Origin: Protoeuglena noctilucae
Taxonomy: Eukaryota
Length of the DNA stretch: 64,000 bases
Direction: 5' to 3'
NCBI GenBank assembly: GCA_958009085.1
Contig: OY253680.1
Location: forward strand, 1 to 64,000
Shown here: positions 54,733 through 64,000 of the stretch, one piece after another
Numbering within the stretch: position 1 is the first letter of the stretch
How the letters are laid out: each line of letters begins with the position of its first letter
Notes under the pieces: model-generated
The model's input: the letters and a program-made list of their open reading frames with translations, nothing else
Told to the model about the DNA's origin: nothing
The model's database searches: none
Made by a program: the position numbers and the translations under genes

Positions 54733-57700
54733 TCACGCCGCCTTCTTCCTGGCGAATATGTTGACGGTGGTCCTCTGCTCGGGCGGCGGCACCTCTGCCA
54801 CGCGCTTGCGGCCCAGCACCGACCCGCACTTGCCCGACACATTGGCGCGGTCCTGGGGTGTGAAAGCGACGTTGAGGGTGTGAATCTAAGCAATAGCACT
54901 TTCTTATCACTGTCCCAGCCCATACACCAATGCAAACGCAAGCTTCGCCCCTCACCTGCCCCAGCACACTCCCACCCCTCGCTTCCTTCGCTGGGACCGA
55001 CGATCGCTTTGGGGCGTCCCCCACGCGGCCATCCTCTGGCACCTGAGGATAATGGGTAGCATATGGTAGACGTAGTATTTAATGTATATAACGTCCTACT
55101 TTGTTCCCCTTCATCTCCCACACCCACACCACCACCACACCCGTTCCGCCACCCACCCCTCCCCTCACCTCCTCTCCCTCCTCCTCCCCCTCCACACCCC
55201 CACCCCTCCCATCCACCTCCACCCCCCCCGCACGCCCCTGCACCCCCACTGCACCCCCCACTGTACCTCCTGCCCCCACCGCCACCCCCACCCCACCCAT
55301 CGCCATTCCCCCAGCCACCCCCACCGCCTGCGCCATCAACGCCTCCTCCTCCGCTTGCTGTCTCTCGTGCTCTGCCTGACACCGCAGTTCCAGCAGGGCC
55401 TGCACCCGCTGAGTCAGGGCCCCGTTGCGCTTGGCGGCCACCAGGCGAACGGCGCCCTCCAACTGCAAGAGTGGAGAAGGTTGGGGGTTGGGTGAGTGAT
55501 GGAGAGTGGATGAGTGAGTGTTGAGGGAGAGAGAGTGAGTGAGTGGAGATGGGGCAATGGGCGGCCACCAGGCGCACGGCGCCCTCCAACTGAGGAAGGA
55601 GCATGAGTGAGTGACAGCAGTGTCCAACCATCATTCATTTCATCCACTACCCCCTCACCATGTCGATGGTTATCAAATGTGCTGCCAGGTCGTATGCCTT
55701 CAGGAAGTCGTCCTCGCGCAGAGCCTCGTTCATCTCACGCAGGGACTGGGAAGGGGGGAGGGGGAATATAGAATAATGAGCGGTAGAAGAGGGAATATAG
55801 GAAAAGAGCGGGTTTGCGGTTGGTGATCTTTGCATCCACCGCCATCCATCAGCGATTATCATTTATCTCAATGTATATCTAATACATATTATTGCCGCAA
55901 TTAAACCCATATATACACCCATACACCCTCACCAGCGCGTCGATGGCCTTCTCCTCCCTCCCCAGCGCCTCGATCGCTGCCCCCTCCCCCACCGCAGCTG
56001 CAGCTCTCGCTTGGGGCAGCAGCAGCGACCGACGCACGCGCTCCTCCTCCATCTGCCACCCGGTCGACTGCAGCACGGGGACCTGCGGGGGGAGTAGAAA
56101 GGCATATCATATTTAGTAATTATGATGGTTATAAATATTATAATACAAATTTTATACTATTAAAATATTAATATTAGGTATCGTTACCATTACTACTGCA
56201 AGTATTATAGCGTAACATAGTTATAGTTATAAATCAGTAATATTATCATTATAGTTAATATACACATCCACCTCCCCCTCCTCACCTTATTTGCGAACCT
56301 CTGCTGCACCGGCCGCGGGTGCGGCTGCGGGTGCTCCCCTTTCCTCGTCACGACGCAGTGGGTCTGGTGGACAGACATGCCCACCATGAAGAAGTCCTCC
56401 TGGTCGTTCTTGCGATAGTCACTGGCGTTAAAGACGGGGACCCACTGGGGAGGGGAGGGGGTGGGGGTGGTGAGGGTGAGGTGTGAGGGGGTGAGTGGGT
56501 GGGGAGTGAGGGGGTAGCAGTGGGGGTGGCAGTGAAGGTATGGGGGGTGGGAATGGGAAGGGAGGTGAGCGGGTGGAGCGATGCAATAAAAACAACTTCA
56601 CAACCTCCCATCCACACATCCCGACCCCCCACTCGCCTGCCCCCCCCAGTCCTCGGCCCTCACGCGCCCCACCCCCGCAGAGTCATACACAGCCCAGCAA
56701 ACCCATTCAATTCAAGCACAGCACATTCAAATCCAACACAGTACATTCAAATCTAACACAGTACGTTCAAACCCCCATCACTCGCCTGGCCCCCCCAGTC
56801 CTCGGCCCTCACGCGCCCCACCCCGGTAGAGTCATAGATCGCCAGCAGACCCTCCTCGGTGAACCCCGCCCACTGCAGTGTCGCTTTGGGGCTCAGGGGC
56901 ACAGGGCCGGAGGAGACCAGCTGACGCGTGCCCACGTCCCAAGACTGGGGGGGTCGGATGGGATGGGGTGTGATGGTGTTATTTACTATTGTCATGGTTT
57001 TAACAGTGGTACGTACCACTCGTGTGAGTGGCGCGACTGGTTGTTTGCGGTGAGTGCAATTATATGTGTTGCCAGTCTCACCATGTAAGAGAGGGCGTGG
57101 TCGCCGTCCGGAGAGGGGGGGCCTGCAGATGGGGAAGAAGAGCGTTTTGTTCATGCATATGAGCGAGAAACGAGGATTGATTGTATCAATCGCACTTGAC
57201 AACCCTCACACCCCACCCAACCACCCTCTCACCTGCCCTGTAGATGGCAGCCAGGCTCTCCCCGCTCCCCACCAGCGCCACGGGGTCGCCCGGCAGCGCC
57301 AGCACCGCCGCCTGCACCCCGCCCAGCGTCACGACACGCACGTTCCTACGCACCGTGGCGGCCGCCAGAAACCCGGTCCCGGCCGCCACGCACGCCGCGG
57401 CCTCTCCCTCGGGAAGCGGCAGGGCCCACTCGTGCCTCCCGCGGGCCCACGAGTCGAAAGACAGAAACGCAATACTGTCAACTGACGCGTCGCCAGCATC
57501 GCGGCCGTCTTTCGCTCCTCGCGCCGTGATCAGCGCCACGCCGTCTTGGGACAGAGCCGCCGCGAATGCACCGGCGAAGTCGTTGTGGTTGATGGGCCGG
57601 GCGCGCGCCATGGTGTCGTGCATGTGAGCGTCGATGGTCTGGTACGCGCCGCTGTCTAAGCAAGCCACGTAGCCTGACGGGGTGTATGCCAGGAAACGGC

Positions 57701-60322
57701 GGCGGGAGGTGGGGTGGAAGGGGGTGGAGCCCGGGTGCACGACGGGGTGGGGGGGAGGGAGGCGGGCGGTGGGGCGGGGGCGGAGGCCCTTGGAGCGGTG
57801 GCGGCGCTGGGGGTGGGGGAGAGAGGGTGGGTGAGGTGGGGGTGAGTGGGTTTGAGGGAATGGTGGGTGATACGCGGCGAGTTGCACAACTGTCGAGTAC
57901 TGTAACGCTTGTGGACGCTGCACCATGCCACAACCCCCACCGCACCCTTGCAGTCACCACCCCAACAACCCCTCTCCTAACACCCACCTTCCCCCTCTTC
58001 CCCAGCTCCTCATCCTCCTCAATGAAGTCATTCATCGACTCATCGTCCGAAGTTGCCTCGTCTGCCCCCTGCCCCTCCCCCTCCCCCGCATCCTCAGCTG
58101 CCCCGTCTTGCACAGCCGCGGTGCGGGCGGACATGATGGAGAGGTCGGAGGGGGACGCCATGCCCTGAAGTGAATGAGACGGGATAAGATGAATGGTGAA
58201 AAGATGATTATTTGAAAATGATGAAAGGAGAGATGGTGGGGTTGGAGGGGGGAGAGGACAGGGCGGTCAGTTGCCACCCCCCCCTGCCAGTACACCCGTC
58301 AGGCAGTCCCTCGAAACCTCACCTCTGGCACCGCCCCCTGCCAGACACGCGTCAGTCCCTGGGCGTCGACGGCGGCCAATGCGTTGCCCTCCGGGGCCCA
58401 CGCCAGGGCCCAGGGCGCCTCGTCCAGTTTCGAAAACGCGACCTCCTTTTGGGATGCGGCCTGAGGGGAGGTGAGACAAAGGAGTGGGATTGGAGAACAG
58501 CAGAGAGAGAGATGCCTTGAGATGTGTTATGGGGAGTGGTCGAGATGAGAGACATCGACGGACGGGGCAAAGAGCGGGGGGTGCACCACCATCACCTCTA
58601 GACTATTCTATTGTTGCGCCATTGTACTACCACCACGCCTCGCACCCCCACACACAGCCATCAACCCCAATGATGACAACACACATACGCACCTCGAACA
58701 CCGCCACACCGCCCTTGCGGTCCGCGGCGGCCACGTAGAGTCCGTTGGGGGAGGGGGCCACGATTTGAATGGGGCCCTTGAGAGAGGGGGACGTCAGGGG
58801 AGACAGGTCCGACCATGACAGGCGCTGGGGGTGGGAGGGAGAGGGGTTGAGATTGATGGGAGAGGTGGGCAGGCGGTGTGGCGAGTCCTGTGAGCATCAG
58901 TCTCTCTCTCTCTCTCCATCTTTCTCCCTCATCTCACCGCGCCCCGCATGCACTCATCTCCCATCCATGCTCAACCAATCATGTCTCATATGCTCTCACC
59001 TCCAATGCCTGCACGTCCCCCTCCACCCCAGGCACCAGCAAGTGGCATCCCCCGTCCGGGTGCCACGCGACACGGCACGCCGTGCCAGAAGCGGGGTTGC
59101 TCTTGGGCTGCGGGTGCGCGGGCGATGAGCGATAAGCGATGAGCATCGAGGGTGGAGTATGGGTATCTAAGGTAGAGTTAGAGCAACGGGGTTGCTCTTG
59201 GGCTGCAAGTGGGCAGGAGATGAGCGAGTGAGGGTATAGAAAGAACCCTTCTACAACCCGCATCATCTCACATCAGCTGCCACCCCCACATCCGCTCTTA
59301 ACCCCACCAGCTCCCATCAACACCCGCCACCCGCCATCCGCCACTCCGCTCACCGCGGCCCTCCGCCTGTGCCACACTTGCTTCCCCGTCGCCACGTCCC
59401 ACACCGCCACGGCCCCGTCCTGACCCGCCACTGCCAGAAACTGACCCTCGGGGTCGTAGGAAACGGACGCCTGAAACGCCGGGGCCGGCAGCGTCGTCAG
59501 GTGGCGCGCCTCATAGGCACCCTCGCTCTCGGCACCCTCGGCGGCCACCAGGCGCATCACGCTGCGGGGGATGAGGGGGTGGGAATGGGGGTGCAGGTGT
59601 GGAGTGGAGTGGCGTGCGTGGGCGGGTGAGGTGGTGGGAAGGTGGTGGCTATTGTGGCTGCTGTGTTGGGTCTCTGCTGTGGCATGTGCGGCTGCTGTAA
59701 CAGACGTAGCACCACCGTCTATCACGTATCATCTATGGCCCTCACCGCACGCCCTCGTCGTCCCCGGCGATCGCCAGGAGCTCTCCGGACGGCGAGAAGG
59801 CCAGGGACCGCGCGGGGAGCTGGCACTTGGCGACGACGCAGCGGAGGTCGCCGGAGGGGCTGTAGAGGCGAACGTGGCAGTCGTCAAACGCGGCCGCAAA
59901 GAAGCGGTGCTGCGGGTCGCCCGCCAGGGCCAGGACCGCCGCGCCGGGGCCCGAGACGCGCGACATTTCGCTCGTCTTGGACATGTCGCGGATGCACATG
60001 TCGCCGTTCGCGCCGCCCGTGACGAGGCTGCGGGGAGCGCACGCGCACGGGGACCGTCGATGCTCGCGACCGCGTGATGCGTTTTTGACAGAGCGCAGCA
60101 GAGTGAGTGGATAGCTACAGAAGATAAGAATCGCCAGGCGCGCCCGGAGGGCCCGAGCGCGCCCGCCGGGCGATATCGGGCATTCGTAGCGAGATGGCGG
60201 GAGCGGGAAGCGCGTCACCGCAGAGGCGCGGGCTGGTCATCGGGCCCCTTCTCCCGAACGAAGCAGAGGTCCGCCACCCCCGCGGCGTGCTCGCCGGGCA
60301 GCTCGTCGCCGAACCCCGGCAT
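54733..60322 (-). CDS. WDHD1: CTF4/AND-1 (WD40 + SepB domain replisome factor)
   Basis: N-terminal WD40 repeats (LVTGGANGD, LAFSPSGELLAIAGDDEG, YDPEGQFLAVAGQDG, VAWHPDG), acidic linker, SepB signature HPGSTP...RRFLAY..G, WAGFTEEG, PQPHPRP, C-terminal NIFARKKAA*. About 15 exons. Confidence 0.87.
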
Positions 60323-60901
60323 CGCGCACTCCCAAGCACGCGCTGGCCCAACTCGACCCGGCGCTGGCTCAGCAGAGAAGGGCAGCGGACACCCAATACC
60401 CACTGCTTGCAAGTCGCACAGAGAGGTCGTCTAGGCGCCCAGTAGGTGCGTCAGGCGGGCTATCAAAACACACGCTGGGCTCAGGATGGGCCGATGGCTG
60501 GAGTCTAGCTCTGGTATGATGCAAAGTGATGCAGATAATGGGCGAATTGACGATTTCGCTCAAATCCTCTCGCATCTGGCACAGGGGTCAGCGATCCCGT
60601 CCGTCTGACTTCCCGCTCGTCGCCTGCGTTGCATGGGGTTCAATCCTCGCTGCCCTTATCATTAGAAGACGGCGCTGGGGTGGCCGGTTCGACCAACGGA
60701 GACGTCAGCTCGTCCGGACGGCCTGCCACCGTTTGAACCGTGCGTCTCTCCTGACGAACCCCGGCGACTCTGGGCCCTCCTTTCCCAGCCCGCGGAGGCG
60801 CAGATTGCTGCTTTGGATCCTTTGCCACAGCCAAGCGTTCGTTTGGAGTACTTGCGGGGCAACGGGCGTGCATCCGGTGGGCGACGCTTGTCGTGCGGCC
60901 C

Positions 60902-63900
60902 ATGGTGCTCCGAGAGCACTACCAGCGGAAGCACGATGTCGGCCGCGCCAAGTCCGCGCCACGGCGGCGGAAGTCCAAGCCGCGGCCGCCCTGGGACGTG
61001 AGCTCGCGCGCGCTGGCTCGCACTATGTTTCCTCTCCCCATCCCGCGCCGCGCGCCGAAGCTCCGCGCCCGCCCCTCGCGCCGCAGGACACCAACCAGGA
61101 TCTGAGCAAGCTGCGGCTGACTCCGGCCCAGCTGGAGGCGCGGCGGTCGCAGCGCGTCTCCCACAACCGCGTTGTCGTGACGGGTGCGCCCCCCGGCCGC
61201 CCCGCCTCACCGCCGCCCCTCCCGCGCATCCATTTTACTTCAACTTTCCCAACCTGCATCGCAGAGGAGATGCGCCGGCGTTACCAGGCGGGAGAGGACG
61301 AGGACGAGGACGACTATGCGGCCGGCATGGACGAGGAAGAAATGCGGCGTCACGTGACGCACGCGCTGCTGCGGGCCGCGGGGGAGCGCGCGCGAGGGGC
61401 CGCGGCGGACCCGGCGCCCGCCCCTGCGCCCAAGCGCACGGCTCTCGAGGTTTTGCGTGACTTGCGCGCCGACCGCCTGCACCCCGAGACAAGGGACTTT
61501 GAGGAGGAGGAGAGGGCGTTTCTGGCATCGCAGACGCGCAGCGCGAGGAGGTCCGCGTGAGGGGCTGCGGGGTTGTCGGGGTGGTTGGGGGCCCCGTGCA
61601 GCCACCCCACTCCTCTGCTTGCCGCCACCCCACCACCCACAACCCATCAACCCCACCCACCGCACCCATCTCCGCAGCTCCAACTCCCGCGTCGGATCCC
61701 GCGTCGCGAGTCGCCAGCGCATGGGCACGGGCGCATCGCTGGGGCGGTCGAGCCCCGGGGACGCGCCGCAGCGGTCCCTCAGCAAGGCGTCGCTGCCATC
61801 CGACACCCGGTGAGGATGTGGTGTATGCAATGTAAAGGTATGGATGTGATGTGAGGCTGTGTGCATGGATGCGATCGCATTGCAGCACATCCCTGCTGGT
61901 TTGCCTCACCTCCTGACCCTCCTTACTCTCAACCCCCAACAACCCTCCCTCCCCTCACCCTCCTCACACCCTTGCCACTCCCACAGGGCTCCCTCTCCCA
62001 CCCGCCGCATTCCCGCCATCGCCACCGCTGCCGCACGCGACGACGCCGGCCATGGCCCACGCCCCGCCTCCCCGCCCAAAGCCAGCGGGGCACCAGCTGC
62101 AGAATCACTTGATCTAAAACCAGGGCTGGGTCAGGTCACGCGAGCGGGCGTTGCAAACGCAGCTCGGGACGGCACAGCGGGGGCGCGGGCGGTGGGTGGT
62201 GAGGAGGAGCGGGAGGGCGGTGTAGGGGGCGGTGGATGGGGGGCCGGGGCGAGGGTACGGGCGCGGCCAGGGTCGCCCACCAGGCTGCCGCGTGTGTCTG
62301 AGGGTGCGGACGGGGCAGGGAGTGCGAGTGGGGTTGGGCACGGGGAGGTGGGGGCGGGGGCTGGGGTGTCTGTGGAAGGGGTTGAGGGTAGGGGTGGCTC
62401 TGGGCAGCGCGGGGGTGTGGGCGGAGTGGCGGGTGCAAGAGAGAGGAGCGGGGTGGTGGGGGATGGGTCTGGGTTGGAGGCACGGGGGCGAGCCCCAGAG
62501 GGCCGCCCGCCTGCACCAGCCTGGGACGAGAATGGGTTCGAATCCTGGGACAGGAATGAGTTCGAGTCCTTCCGGGACCACACCACGGCGGTGCTGACGG
62601 CCATGCAGCGGCAGCTGGGGCAGCTGCTGGCGGCAAAGGGGGCGGGTGTTACAAGCGGGGTGGGTGACAGGGGCGGGGCGGGTGGGACGGGGAGGGCGAC
62701 AGGGACAGATGGCGATGCGCATTGGTCGAGGCGGGTGGTGGCGGGGCCTGGGGGTGGGCTGGAGGAGGATCGGCGCCCTGCGTTGGCGAATGCGGGGGCG
62801 CACCCTGGCGGGGCGCGGTTCGTGAGGCGGGGAGTGGAGGCGGATGCGGGGGTGAGGGGCGCGTGGCAGGGTATGTGTGGGGCTGTGGTTGGTGTGGTTG
62901 TGGCAGAGGCAGCTGTGGTTGTGGGGGGCTGTTGTGGCTATCTTGCAATAAGCGTATCCTGCGCCCAGGTATCGCAGGAGGGTCCTCCCATCACGGCCTT
63001 CACTCCCTACGAGCGTCGGGTGCAGGCGGAGGGGTCGGGGCACAACATGGAGTCGACCCTGGTGAGTGAATGAGGAGAGATTGAGTGAGTGAGTGAATGA
63101 ATGAGTGAGTGAGTGAGTAAGGAATAGACCCTGGTGAGTGAATGAGTGGGTGATTGATGAGTCCAAACAGTCGTGAGTGCAAGGGGTAATCAGGTGAGAA
63201 CGCAAGTCACGAGGAGTCAACTTTAGTGAGTGAGGAGTGGTGAAGGAGTCGTTGTGTTGCACCATCTCACTTCGTTGCACACTCCTCACTGCAATGCACG
63301 CACCTCGCCTTGCACAGTCTCAAGTCGTCGCACGCCCTCGCCGCCTCGCAGAGAGCGTCCCTGGCGCCGCTGGCATCCGCATCCACTCCCCTGGGGACCT
63401 TTGAAGAGGTCTTTGGGCGGCCGGCGCGGTACGTCCCGCCACCGCGCCCCGCTTGGAGGGCGGGCGACGAGGGGAAGGAGGAGGAGGGGACGGCGGCAGC
63501 GGTGCGGCAGGGGCGCAGCAAGGTGCGTCTGAGGGTGTGTTGGGCAGCGCTGCTGACGGTGGCAGTGCACACCGCTCTGCCAGCGCTGTGCGTGTGCCAG
63601 CGATACAGCGCTCGACCTCTTTCACTCTTGTCACGCTCGTCCCTCGCGACAGCACTCGGCCCCCCCTCCCCATCCCCAAAGCCCATCCCGTGCATCACAG
63701 CAGCGACGCTCACCCTCTCACCCTCCCGCCCCCCTCTTCCCCCCCAGGCCCACCCCAGCAGTCGCAGTCACGGCAACGTGGGTGCCGAGGTGGACGAGGA
63801 GGCTGGCCTGCCCTCGTATGCCTCCATGCGACGTGCCACAGGGTACCGGGCCACGGGCCCCGACGTGGGCGTGCGCATCACGCACCGCGCTTACATCGGA

Positions 63901-64000
63901 GAGGGCGGTGGTGGTGGTGATGATGATGCGGGGCAGGGCGGTGCTATGCAGGGCGGTGAGGGAGGCAGCGGTCGCGTGCTGGACCCGGCGATGGCGGAGA
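60902..64000 (+). CDS. SPICE1-like (spindle and centriole-associated protein) N-terminus; runs off the window
   Basis: Spliced PWD|DTNQDLSKLRLTPAQLEARRSQRVSHN resembles the recalled SPICE1 N-terminal WDxTxxDLxxxRxTP motif. The remainder is low-complexity; 3' end not in the window. Confidence 0.6.

Noticed and set aside
1729..64000. Non-standard genetic code (TAA/TAG = Gln, as in some ulvophytes)
   Set aside because: LSm3 ends at TAG at its expected C-terminus, and I noticed no in-frame TAA/TAG in conserved exons.
1729..64000. Functional clustering of flagellar/centriole, splicing and DNA-repair genes
   Set aside because: The genes are interspersed with unrelated housekeeping genes; such categories are common enough to co-occur by chance.

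Overview
Left end of a chromosome from a GC-rich, intron-dense eukaryote. It is most likely a flagellated chlorophyte green alga (organellar IleRS with a transit peptide, plastid-type ABC1 kinase, CDPK, dynein-2 LIC, TGTAA poly(A)-like signals). A vertebrate-type (CCCTAA)n telomere is followed after about 1.5 kb by 17 intact-looking spliced genes: GSK3, DDX46/Prp5, IleRS, Aurora-like kinase, TMEM135-like, ChaC, EamA/DMT, CDPK-like, G-patch, RAD51B, LSm3, ABC1K, D1bLIC, CTF4/WDHD1, SPICE1-like and two orphans. Many are in head-to-head pairs. The most unusual signals are in the introns: (1) long introns repeatedly carry degenerate 'echo' copies of their own exon-intron junctions, including a perfect 42-bp tandem array of four identical donors; (2) these introns have a G-rich 5' half and a C-rich 3' half and appear only about 1 kb or more into a gene; (3) GC-AG donors are very frequent (17 counted by hand). 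An AT-richer island at about 25.6-28.2 kb carries a frame-disrupted, catalytically altered EEP (exonuclease/endonuclease/phosphatase) gene flanked by a diverged duplicate of the neighbouring gene's 3' end. All gene models were built by eye and exon coordinates may be off by a few bases. No searches were run.
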